From the NCBI GenBank assembly GCA_965153285.1, contig OZ229129.1: a DNA stretch of 64,000 nucleotides; one strand, given 5' to 3'. This DNA is from Podarcis tiliguerta (Eukaryota). Below the pieces are notes generated by a model. That model saw nothing but the letters and a program-made list of their open reading frames with translations. It did no database searches and had not been told where the DNA came from. Every line of letters starts with the position of its first letter. Position 1 is the stretch's first letter. The position numbers and the translations under genes were made by a program. This document shows, one piece after another, positions 12,876 through 25,143 of this stretch.

Positions 12876-14140
12876 TTGGGAACCCCTACAACTCCCCCCC
12901 CCCAAGGATCCACTAAGCTCTTTTGTCCTCTCCCCTACTGGAAGAGCACTGGTGGGGGGAGTGACTCCTCCAGGATCCTGGCAGATGTCCAAGGAATGGT
13001 TTGTCCTGTCTCTCCTTGGCAAACCATAATCCCTCATTCTGATGCAGCTTGGTTTGGGGGTGGTTCGTTCCCACCCTCTACCAGATGGTCACTGACAGGC
13101 GGAATAAGGCAATGCAAGCAACTACACTCACAACAATGGCTCCTAACATCACGCCCGCCTACTTGCCAGTAACGGAGGTCAACCCTAGGAGAAACTATTA
13201 GAGGTTTCTCCCACACACTTCTTTTGCCTTTTTCTGCTTCTCTGGTGTGCTTCTCACTGTTTGCAGCAGAATTTTCTTTATTGCTTGACTGGTTGCACAA
13301 GCATTCTGTTACTCTTATATACAACCCTTTATTCCCCTGCTTCTTCTCTCCCCCTCTTCCCCTCAGAAATGCAATAGCAAAGGTCTAAACTAAATCACCA
13401 GGATGAAGCGCAAACCTCAACCCCCTAAGCCATGTGTCGTTAACCAAGTTTTACAGTCAGTGGAAATATTTGCTACTTCAATGGTACTATTTTTCTAATA
13501 TAGAATTACAGGGTTTTGCACAGTTTTTTGGGCTTTTCTACACCAAAATTGATTTCTCCCTTCTTTATTATATTTATTCCTCTCACCATAACAGGTTTCC
13601 AAACAAATAAACAAATTTTCACCAAGAGGAAAGAACCAGAATGATTGGCAACTCTAACTAGAGCAAACTAGAGCAAAATCCACAGGTTTTTTAAAACCAC
13701 ATCTTAAGCCAGCCTATGGGACCAAACAATTAATTTGGCTCAGGGCACAGGTAGCCAAGTGGGACATACGACAGATGTAGATGAACACATCTAGGCCACA
13801 TTGAGAAACTTGACCACACAGTGTCAAGGAAATGGGACTGGCCAGCGAGGCAAAGATGGAGGAGAAGTTGGAATGTTAACCCCCACCCCCCCAAAAAAAA
13901 CGGGGCAAACTGGTGGAGACGATAGCGGTGAGGAAGCTACAAGACTTATTGGAAAATACAGATAATTAAATTCATTCCCATCTGGGTAGAATCCTGGCCA
14001 TGGGGGCTCAATCCCCCCAATATTGAGGGGGCCAATATCCCCTATTGGGTTGTTGTTATGGGGAAGCAAATGACATCCACCATCAGCTGCAAGACACACA
14101 CCATAGGTAGCGGAGCGGGACATGCGACAGATGTGGAAGG

Positions 14141-15625
14141 CCTGAGAATATATTATGATGCAGCATGCTTTAGTTGGATCAGAGACTGGATTAAGTTAGA
14201 TAATAATGACATTTTAGACTTGGAGGGATGGAACAACAGATACGGTTGGCATGCCTATCTAATTTACAACAAAGTGGTGGTACATAAAGAATTTCTAAGT
14301 CATGTAATTAGAAATTCATTATATAAGGTCTGGGTGAGACATAGAAGGCTGTTAGAACCGAAAACCGCATGGTGGGTCTCACCATTAGAAGTAATATCGG
14401 TTAAAAAGAAAAATACGATAGGAAGAATGACAACATACCAGCAGCTCCTAAAAGAGGGACAGGGCCAATTAAAACTAAGACCATACGAAGAGGTGACCCA
14501 ATACTGCACCACATGGTTGCAATATCACCAAATTGCCCAAATATTCAATCAGGATAAACCAATAGGATTTGAAAAAGAAGAATCAATATTACAAAAAGTA
14601 TTATTACAAAACTCAAAAAAGAATATATCCAAAATGTATAATTTATTATTAGAATGGGACTTAAAGGATGAAGAAGTAAAAGAATATCACTAAATGGGCA
14701 TGCGATATAGGATATGTAATTCGGCTGGACCAATGGGATAAATTATGGAAATGGGATATTAAGTTTACGGCATGTTATACAATCACAGAAAAGTTCATGA
14801 AAATGGTGTACCAATGGTACTTAACTCCAGTAAAATTGGCTAAAATTTACAAATTAAAATCAAATACCTGTTGGAGATGCAAAAAAGAAATAGGAACAAC
14901 GTTTCAAATGTGGTGGGAATGCTGACCTATTAAACAATTCTGGAATGAAATTTATGAGGAAATCAAAAAGATGTTCAAAATATTTTTCAGGAAAAAAACA
15001 GGAGACATTCCTTTTAGGTATAATCACAAACGATATTTCCGACAATCAAAGGAAAGTATTCTTTTATGCAATGACAGCTGCCAGGATGCTTATAGCAAAA
15101 AACTGGAAAGGGAGAAAAATTCCATCAATGAAAGAATGGCAAATTAAATTTTGTGCATATATAAATCTGGCGAGACACACAGCATTCATATGGGGACAAT
15201 CGGACCAGAAATTATTAAAAGAACGGGGATGTGCTAAAGAGTATATGAAAAAACACTGTTCTGGAGTAAGCATATTGGTATTTAATGAATACAGGGTTAA
15301 AGAAAAAGAAATATGGTGTTAAAAAGTACAAATATGGAAGTAATCTACATTAGACACAATACAGTAAGAGTAAAAATTCTGAGGTCTTAGAACAAAGGAA
15401 GGAAGACAATATGTGTATATGTATTGATTAGATTAGAACAATGATATGGTTTTATTTGTAGATGTATGCTTTTTGTCTTGTTTTTTACTTTGTTTTTCTT
15501 TCTTTTTTGTATGTTTTGTTTTTCTTTCTTGTTTGTACAGTATTATTTTGGATTTAATGTATGTAATTTTTGTTATGATTTTGCATTGAAAATAATATAT
15601 ATATATTTTTAAAAAATAAATATAA
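14141..15625 (+). mobile_element. 5'-truncated L1 (ORF2 3' part, 3' UTR, A-rich tail)
   Basis: LRIYYDAA...; YQWYLTP, CWRC...GT.FQMWWEC zinc knuckle; TAARMLIAKNWK. The interrupted module continues uninterrupted at about 40460-40490. Confidence 0.92.
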
Positions 15626-15831
15626 ATATTGTAAAACACAGATAATAAAATGCATTCCCATCTGGGTTGAATCCTGGTCATGGGGGCTCAATCCCCCCAA
15701 TATTGATGGGGTCAACATCCCCCGTTGGGTTTTTGTTACGGGGAAGCTACAAGAATTTTGGGGGAAAGGAGTTTGCAAAACAACTAAAGTCCCAAGTTAA
15801 ACCCAGGGTGAAGCGCAACCTCAACCCCTCA

Positions 15832-16592
15832 AGTCAAGTTCAGAGCCGATGGCCCAGCCGAGGGGAATGGAGCTTTCGCCTGGCCAAGCAATCGAGTGGG
15901 TGCCGGGTTGTACCCCGGGAGGATTCCTATGTCGGGAAAAGTATCCCCAAGTGGGTCACTCCATTGTTGCAGCCCCACAGACTAGACGGGAGGAGTATGA
16001 CTACAAGGGACCACCGCAATGACCAAGGGAGGTTCAGGCAGAGGACGACTATTGAGAGCCAGAGAGCCCACCCCATGAAAGTCGCCGATCAACGATGTAT
16101 CGACTGCCTAGTGCAGCCTGGGTTTACTTGCCAGAAAGGTCTTGGAAGCCCCGCGGGCCAGTTCGGTGGTACAAGGAAGAGAAGGGGTACGGGCAGCATC
16201 CCAGACGCTTTTACGAAGGGCAGGAATCTCAGCGTCCAGATGGACAAGCCCCAAGTTATCGCCCTGCCCCAAGGCACAGCTATGGCCAAGAGCCACAAGA
16301 TGTGGTTCCAAGGAGCATTACACGTGAGTTTACCCTGAGGGATTTTGACTTACGTCATTTCCCTGCATATAACCCCCCCCCCCCCATGCATGTCCTGAGC
16401 TATCTGACTTTATTCGAACTAACCTGCTGGGAACTGGAGCTCCCCTCAAGACTGTATATGTCTATTCTGAGGGTGTTGATTGGTGGGGAGTTGGCGAATC
16501 TCATGGGCCATCTTCCTTTGTCCCACGCGCTAGACTATGAACCGTATAAACGCCATGTTTTGCAAATATATGGACTGCATGCAGAAAGCTAC
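15832..16592 (+). mobile_element. Gmr1-like Gypsy gag fragment, copy 2
   Basis: Highly similar to 960-1690; ends ALDYEPYKRHVLQIYGLHAESY. Confidence 0.72.
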
Positions 16593-17304
16593 AGCCACAC
16601 AACTCAGACCTTATATAAACCATGGATAAAATATAAGTATCTCCTGGAATCTACAAGCCCTTGGTGCATTTCACACATCAAAGCCTTTGCCGTTAAGAAG
16701 AAAAACATGAAGGGAAATCGGGGAACATATAAAATATTATTAGAAGGGGAAATTAATAAATTAAGAGGAAAGGACTTTGAAATCCATATATATTTGACAG
16801 GCTGGCTCCAATACTTACAACTGAATGAAAGACAAGGAAAATAGGGATTCCTGGAGAAATATCAAAACTAAAGAGAACTCTAACCCAGCCTAAAGGAAAA
16901 TATCTATCTAAAATGTATAATCTCCTCCACAATTCATACCCTGCCATCAAATAACTTTTGTCTCACTTAAAACGCTCAACGTTTTCTGAGGATGCACACC
17001 TCAGAACACATAGATCACTGCTGAGGACTTGTAGAAATATCCCGTAGAAATATCAAAATGACTGGGAAAGGCTGTGGAGGGAAGATTCACTGCATGTTAT
17101 AAGGGGGCGGTGAACGAGGAGGTAAGAGAAGGAAGCGCTGTCCTGTTCTCAGATTGGGGACAGCCTCCCACCTTCTTCTTCCCAACCTGTGGAAGGACCA
17201 GACTCAAATTCCTCACCTCTTGACCCCTCAGCAAATGTCCAAGCTACAACCCCAGGGTGAAGTGCAAACCTCAACCCCACAAGTCATGTGCCCTTAACTA
17301 GGTT

Positions 17305-17685
17305 TTATGTTCAGAGGCTGCTATCTAAAGAAGTATCTCCCATTTCTCGGAAGGCCACTTCAACTTCATCTAGCGCTCAGTCGCTTTCTTCACTGTCTTC
17401 CCAGTTCTCCTGGGCAAGCTCTATGGGCTCGCTGACTTCCCTGAGGTCCATAGGCTATGCTGCCAGCCACAGGACAGACTATTTCCACAAACTGAACAAG
17501 GAGAGGGAATTCCACTACTCTGTCATCCAGTCCAAGCTGAATCACATGGTTTCCATGCTGCCTAGGAGGGGCAATGCGACAGAAAAGACATAGGCTGCCA
17601 CCCAGTGAGGTGCAACTTAAAGCCTAGGCAGCGGATCAGCACGAGCCTCATAAACCTCAGAGACTTTGCACTGTATTCATCATGA
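17305..17685 (+). pseudogene. Unidentified coding-like terminal fragment (copies about 30865-31210, 49270-49643, 63250-63582)
   Basis: Consensus reads SSQCSRASSTGSLTSLRSIDYAASHRTDYFRKLNKEREFHYSVIQSKLNHMVSMLPRRGNAAENCIGCHPVRCNLKPRQRISTSLINLRDFALYSS*; source not recognised. Confidence 0.45.
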
Positions 17686-18284
17686 CTGCTTCTGAGAAAT
17701 GGGATCGTGACAGCTGGCACACATAATTGCCATACAGGGGGTGCTGCTGGCTTGGTAGTGGTTGTTGTATTAACTCGGCTGCCCAGCCATCTTGGTGATA
17801 CTGCCAGCCTTTCTCAGGCTGTGCCGTGCCATGGAGCAGAATGGTTTGGAATGCCAACTGATATGCACATTATACCTTGCGGCACAAAGGTAGCCATCGC
17901 ATGGAAACACCTTCACGTTGCTCTTTGTGGCTTACATTTTGTGTGCATCACTTCTAAGTGCTCCAGCCTTCACACTTGGTCAATTCTGTACTGCCCTTAC
18001 AAATGTTGGTTTCTAGTGCTTTTTTGGTCTAAGAAATCATGGGCTAACTAGGTTTTACCAAGGGACAATAATATTAGCTGTTTACTTTGTTTAAAAAACC
18101 CGCTAGTGCCTCTCTCTTTTTTGTCCCAATATAGGAACATAGAAAAATATTTTCAGTGTATGACCCTGCAGCTGATGGCCTGATAAAAGATGGCTAACAA
18201 AAGACAATGACAAAGACAATGTGCAGTGATTTGTAACTTTTCCAACAGCTATTGCCATATCTTAGGGCTCCTTCTCAAAGTGTT

Positions 18285-18442
18285 TTTAGTGAAATCCCTG
18301 AGGTTTGTGGTGTGGATGTGGCTCTTCACCTATGTAGGTGCCTTGTTCAATGGGCTGGCAAGGCTGAAACCGGCTCTCATTTCTCTATTCACTATTCCCC
18401 TTGGTTATGAAAAGCACTGGGTTGAAATTGACCATTCTTGTG
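18285..18442 (+). pseudogene. RTN4: RTN4 fragment, diverged copy
   Basis: [47 protein letters not shown]. Confidence 0.88.
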
Positions 18443-19164
18443 AACTAAATTCGACCCCACATTGGGGGGGGGGGTCATTTTTTAAAAAAATTAATAGTTT
18501 ATGGCACAGTGAATGCCATCAACCCAGTGTGATCCAGCAGTAGCTCCTATACGGCCATCCGCTGTCACTTAGATCAGTGACTAGGCACCATGCAAAAATA
18601 AAGGGTTTGCAACTGTGATTGCAGTATTCATCTTATAAAAATATAAACATTGGACGTTTTTGCACAGCTTCTGTATGCACATCAGCTATATGTATAAATA
18701 AATCATCATCAACATCTTTATACCCCACCCATTGGGATGGCTTTCCCAAGAGACTCTGGGGGGCTTACAGCATATCTAAAAACATCCAGCATTAAAAATC
18801 TCCTGATTCACGGCTCAGGATACAGAGAGGGAGAAGGAAGAGAAGGCAGGAAGGGTAAGCATGTCAGATCACTAACTCCTCGAAATACAAATGTCTTCCG
18901 GATAGATTGCCCATAAACTCCACCCTTGGTCTAACACGGTTACCTCTTCCATGCTTAGCTAATCTGTTCCTCCTTCCCTCTCTGAGGAAAATTTCTTTTC
19001 CCTGTTTTTCCATACAAATGTTTAACTTGAATATAATAGTATAAAATACACACTAATATAAGCATCATCAAAATACCACATAGAAGTATAATCACAGGTT
19101 GCCAAGCCAATTTTAAATGTTGGTCATTGTAGGGCTCTATCCTGAAAATATGTCCCACCAATGG

Positions 19165-19625
19165 TACTATGAAAGAGTTACTCCAGAGCTGCAAAAGTAG
19201 TATCCTGGCGGTACTGGGATACTGGAGCAGGACCTAGCCCCCTGTCACACATCAAAAGTGGGGAAGAAATTCATAGCAGAGCAGCAAATACAGGTACTTG
19301 ATTGGGCAGGGAATTCCATGGACGTAAATCCCATTGAGAATTCGTGGGCTATATGCAAAAGTCTCCTCTGTGCTTTAGACTGTATGACTATGGAGAAACT
19401 CATTCAGGCGCTGATTCAAGTGTGGTACAGGGATCCGAAAATCAACAGTAACCGTTCGAAATAAGTAGACTCCGTGGCAAACCGTGTTCAAATGCTGCTT
19501 TAAAATAGCGGTGGTCATATCTGTTAATAATGTACATGTCTGTGAGTTTTGTACATCTCTGTGTGAGTTTTGTACAATAAACTATTGTACGAAATTCATT
19601 GTTTCAATTAATTTGTACAGCACAT
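19165..19625 (+). mobile_element. Tc1 transposase 3' fragment
   Basis: EQDLAPCHTSK...VLDWAGNSMDVNPIENSW matches the Tc1 QDNAPCH...WP.NSPDLNPIE motif; ends GGHIC*. Confidence 0.9.
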
Positions 19626-20019
19626 TGTTATGTGTTTAGTAAGACATGGACTAGAACTGTTCACATTACTGAACCATAAACAGGTCAAACCCCCCCCCCT
19701 TCATTCAGAGGGCGCACAATGTGAGTTCCTGCACTAAAACAGCAGTGTTTGCTTTGATAACCAGATAAATAAATCAAGTTGACTTTCAGATAATACTATA
19801 TAGTATGGCCCCTGGACCATTACTTCTACATTTATGATGTTCTATCGATTTTGACCTAGATTGAATATTATTCTTTCAAATCAGTATATAGTAAATGTTT
19901 GGGGGAAATTGAAAGGAATCCCACATCCCGCCCACTTTAGAAGTCCACAGTTGGTTAAAAGACGACGGCCTAGTTAAAAAGGAATTACTCATTTTGCTAG
20001 GCTCTCATATTAATAGTTT

Positions 20020-20372
20020 CACCACATTTCAGAAACTCAGGAAGAAGGATGGGTGTGTGTGTGTACTTCTTGACCCTCTGAAGATACCCAGCCTCATATG
20101 CCTAACCCCATCTGGAAGGCCTTAGGACTTCTCAGCAGAAGCTCCACCCTCCTGGAAGAAGACCCACAATGCCACCTACCTCGGAGGGCCACTGCATTCT
20201 GGGTGGCAAGCAACTTCAACTCCATACTGGCCGATGGGAAGAGCAGCTCCATGATCGACCAGGCCATGGCTGGGTATTGCCCCTCCATCTTCCAGAAGTA
20301 GCGCATCAGGTGTCTTGGGATACATACCTGGGAATACAGTCCTGTGAAAACAAGGCCCTCCACACCAGCTGA
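20020..20372 (-). other. Duplicated exon-like segment (second diverged copy about 23870-24240)
   Basis: Both copies keep an open minus frame (GLYSQVCIPRHLMRYFWKMEG / GLYLQGCIPRRLMQRFWKMEG) ending at AG|GTAGGT; gene not identified. Confidence 0.45.
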
Positions 20373-20374
20373 GA

Positions 20375-23300
20375 CCAAGGACCAAACAGCTAAATGCCAG
20401 ACGGAACAAGAAACCCCAAATAAAAACCTATATGACTACATAGAGGATATTTTCTGCAATCTATCCCCCCGCCCACTCTTTAACCCAAATCTAATTCTAA
20501 CCCCCTACTCCCCCACCCACCACACTCTAGGACAGCACAACTCTATTGGTTCGATAGACAATACAAGGTGAGAGACACAGGGCAACTCGGACGGGTTGGC
20601 AGGGAATCACCCTATACTGTAGATAAGCAACATAGCTTAAAAGCAATTACATTACATGTAATTATGTCTGTATGGCATAAATTGGGAAACCTCATCAAAG
20701 GAAAATGCATCACTTCATATATAAACACCAGGACTGAGCATGCCTACCTTAACTTATGAGGAATGGGAATTCATAGACAGTCCTATCACCCAAGAGGAAA
20801 TAGATATGGTCCTCAAAAACCTGAAGCCACACAAAGCTACAGGACCAGATGGCTTTACAGAAGAATTCTATAGGAAATTCAAAGAACCCCTGATGCCCTA
20901 CATGACCTGCCTATTCAATGGTATCATAAAAGGGGGGCCCATCCCCAAAACATGGACCTACTCCAAAATAGTCTCCATCCCAAAACCACTTAAAGACAGC
21001 CTCAAAGTAGAATCAGACCGCCCAGTCTCATTAATAAACCAAGACGACAATATATTCACATCAAACTTGGCCAACCGCCTAAAAATTTTCCTACACAAGT
21101 TAGTAGCCCAGACCAGACTGGCTTTGCCCCTGGTTGCAATATAACAGGCCCCATCAGGAAACTACTGAACTTGATTGAACACAGCACGGCAACTAAACGC
21201 CCACTGACAATTATGTCCCTAAACATCCTCAATGCTTTGGATTGCTTAGAGTGGAAATACCTATTAGCAGTACTAACGTGAAATTTGGCCCCAACTTCCT
21301 GCAAATCCTCAATCAAATATACTCCCAAGCCTCAGCAATATGGAGGACTAACAATAGGGACTCTAATACCATAGCAATCCAAAAAGGCACAAAACAAGGA
21401 TTCCCACGGTCTTTCTTCTTATTCATCCTGGCTCTGGAACCTTTAGCAATCTGAATCCGAGCAGCCACAGAGATCAAGGGAGTGGAAATAAAAGGCAAAA
21501 CCTACAAATTAGGACTCTTTGCAGATGACAGCACCAGACCCCATAAACACAGCAACCTCCTTAATCAGAGAACTCAACACATTTGCAATGGTGTTGGGCC
21601 TACAGGTAAATTTTGCATAGTCGGAAGCTATGTGCTTCCCACACACCAAAAGGCCTCGCTAACGTCACCAAGATAAAACTTTGCCACACCAAGTTCAGAT
21701 ACCATACGGTACAAAGAACCAGAAACCTCAATAAAGTATACCTTCACAATTACAACCCCTTGTTGGCGGCAAATTAACAAAGACCTAAAGAGATGGAACA
21801 ACATCAACTTCACTCTCTCAGACAAAATAGGTAAAGGGTAAAGGGATCCCTGACCATTAGGTCCAGTCATGACTGACTCTAGGGTTGCGGCGCTCATCTC
21901 GCTTTACTGGCCGAGGGAGCCAGCGTACAGCTTCCAGGTCATGTGGCCAACATGACTAAGCCGCTTCTGGCAAACCAGAGCAGCACATAGAAACGCCGTT
22001 TACCTTCCTACCAGAGTGGTACCTATTTATCTACTTGCACTTTGACGTGCTTTCAAACTGCTAGGTTGGCAGGAGCAGGGACCGAGCAATGGGAGCTCAC
22101 CCCGTCGCGGGGATTCGAACCGCCGACCTTCCGATTGGCAAGTCCTAGGCTCTGTGGTTTAACCCACAGCGCCACCCGTGACCTCTCAGACAAAATAACC
22201 ATGATCAAAATGATCACCCTCCCAAAACTAACCTACCTATTCCAAACAAAAAACCAAGAATAAGCCCCAAATACCTGCACCTCCCCTCCACAGAGGGACG
22301 ATGGGGAATCCCCAACATTCATTGCCAGCCAAGTATGCTACATAATCCCATATATACTAGAAGATGAAACAAAACAGTGGGTACACCTGGAGAGAGACAC
22401 AATTGAAAATACCTGCACCACAGCATACCCAATTCCAAAAAAACTAAGGAAAATTCCCACAATACTTAACAGCTACACACAGACCATGCTTAAAGCATGG
22501 AAAGCAGAGATAGTCAAACTGCCCCCAACCCCATCCCACTAATTCCCCTGCCACAACACCCATTATTCCATCACACAGCACAAAACCTCCAGATAAAAAC
22601 CTGTCAAACAAAAGGCTTATATCACCTAAACAACCTCTATAAAAATGGCAAACCCTTGCCAACACAAGAAATACAAGACAAACTAGAAGACGCCCAAATG
22701 CCCTGGTTAACACACCACCAACTACATGCCCTCTTAAACAATCCAGTAGTAAAATCAGCAGCAACCAGGCCCCTGACAACCTTCAAAAACCATCCCCAAA
22801 AACCTCCTATGACATTAACCCCACTCAGTGGACCAGAACATGGTCTAAACCCTGCTTTAAATCCATATCAAAGAAAAGGAAAGTACTCATTCTGAAACTC
22901 ACCTACAGGTGGTACCTAACACCAAGAAAATTAGCGCTAATAAGCTCAGGTAATTCACCAAAATGCTGGAGAGGGTGCACCTCCCCAGGCACATACCTCC
23001 ACATGTGGTGGGAATGCCCCCAAATCCAACTCTTCTGTACAAAAATCATATGAGAAACATGTAAAATAACTAAGCAAGTATTAGAAATCACCCCAGAACT
23101 GGCCCTACTAAACATCTTCCAAGACAACAATGCCCACTCAAATCACGAAGAACTCATAACCCACCTATTCTCAGCAGCCAGAAACATCATAACCTGGTGA
23201 GACCTGTCAGGAATAAGTATGGACCAATGGTACCAAATAGTACGGGAAACCGCCTTATTAAAAAAAATTAACCAATAAACTGAAACTGACACAAGGACAA

Positions 23301-23760
23301 ATAGAAGATGCCTTCACCCAGGTATGGCTCCCCTTTATCACATACATAGCCCAACAAGACAATGACAAAATCCACCAAAAGAATACAAATCAATATGGCT
23401 AACCTGATCCAAAACACCCACCCACCCCATGAAAACAAAGACCGCCACAGCCAACCACAAATGAACAGCCACACCCTAGGCCAACCCCAACCTCTCTCAG
23501 CACCAAAGGAAGACAAGCGAACAGCAAAGAACCTGCACAAGCAACGCTGACACAAAACCCCACATATATTAAGTAAAATAGAATCACCCCACCTCACCCC
23601 CACTCATCTTTCCCCTCCTCCACCTCTTTCCCCCTATTCTTCCTAATGTCTCAACAAATGGGGGGGGGAAATGTGTTATCGGGGAGGGGGGATATGAGAC
23701 AGAGACATTGCACGTACGTTTGTAAATCAAGAAAATCTTTACTAAAAATACATTTTAAAA
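20375..23760 (+). mobile_element. Decayed L1 (RT to 3' end)
   Basis: SPITQEEI..KATGPDGF..EFY, GTKQG, LFADD, YRWYLTP, CWRGC..GTYLHMWWECP; frameshifted. Confidence 0.92.
21830..22182 (-). mobile_element. Sauria SINE (POM-type) inserted in L1
   Basis: Reverse complement of GGTGGCGCTGTGGGTTAAACCACAGAGCCTAGG...CCTTTACC; TSD CTCTCAGACAAAATA at 21815-21829 and 22183-22197. Confidence 0.95.
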
Positions 23761-24289
23761 GTACAAATGAAACTGACCTGCAGAAAATGTAACTTGAAAA
23801 AAGAAACATTGCACATACTTTTTTAAACCAAGAAATCTTTAAAAAGAAAGACATTAAAAAATATTTACAGTTTTGCCACATTTCAGTAAGTCAGGAAGAA
23901 GGATGGGAATGTGTGTCCTTCCTGACCCTCTGAAGATACCCAGCCTCATGTGCCCAACCCCAGCTGGAAGGCCGGCCTGCCTTAGGACTTCTCAGCAGAA
24001 GCTCCACCTGCCTGGAAGAAGACCCACAATGCCACAATGCCACCTACCTGGGAAGGCCACTGCATTCGGGATAGCCAGGAATCTCAACTCCATACCGGCC
24101 GATGGGAAGAGCAGCTTCATGATGGAACAGGCCATGGCTTGGGAGTTCCCCTCCATCTTCCAGAAGCGCTGCATCAGGCGTCTTGGGATACATCCCTGCA
24201 AATACAGTCCTGTGAGAAGAACGCCAGGAAACGTTTGGCTAGCACAGAGCCTGTCCTCTAAAGGGAGAGGCAGAACCTAGGGTGCTCAG

Positions 24290-24840
24290 AGGCTTGGGGC
24301 GCTTTGGCAAAGTAAAAGAGGAATATTGGAAAAGCTCTAAGGTGGAATCTAGATACACATAAAAAAACCCACTAATAAAGAAGAGCGAGCCCCATCGAAA
24401 GGAGAATGGATAATGAAGATGATGGACTATGCGGAGATGGCAAGGCGGACCGGGAAAATCAGGCACCAAGAGTTTAACCAATTTACTAAAGAATGACATA
24501 CCTCTAAAGAATATATTAAAGAACACTGTCAACATTTTAAAATGTTGGCTGGATTGACATAGCACTTGTAATTTAAAATAACAAAGGATAAAAATGAAGC
24601 GCAATAATTTGGAAAAATGCAATTAGATGCAGTTTAAAAAGGAAGATAAATTTTGGAAGCCAAGGGAGGGGTGGAGGGAAGTCCGGGGGAACACCATAAA
24701 GGTACTGATATGGAGTGTGATGTAATGTAAGCATGTTTGTCTGTCTGTGTGTGTGTAAAAAATTGTGTTTTTTCTTTTTGAAACATTGAAAATAAAAAGT
24801 TAAAAAAGAAAATACTTTTTTAAAGTGTTTTGAAAAATAT
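24290..24840 (+). mobile_element. L1 3' end fragment
   Basis: KEERAPSKGEWIMKMMDYAEMA resembles the squamate L1 ORF2 end, followed by a GT-rich UTR and A-rich tail. Confidence 0.65.
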
Positions 24841-24879
24841 ATTGAATTTGCCATGAGCTCACCCTCGCCATCTAGTGTC

Positions 24880-25143
24880 TAGCTGGAACCTGTGCCAAGG
24901 CGGGCAACCAAGATGATCAAGGGTCTAGAAACCAAGACTTATGAGGAACGGTTGAAACAGCTGGGTATGTCTAGCCTGGAAAAGAGGAAATTTGAAATAG
25001 ATATGATAGCCATCTTCAAATATCTGAAGGGCTGCCACATGGAAGATGGAGCGAGCTTGTTTTCTCCTGTTCTGGGGGGTAGGACTCAAATCAATGGCTT
25101 CAAGGTACATGAAAGTAGATTCAGACTAAACATCAGGAAGAAT
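24880..25143 (+). mobile_element. CR1 LINE 3' fragment
   Basis: RRATKMIKGLE...YEERLKQLG..SLEKR..DMIAIFKYLKG...RFRLNIRKN. Confidence 0.93.
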
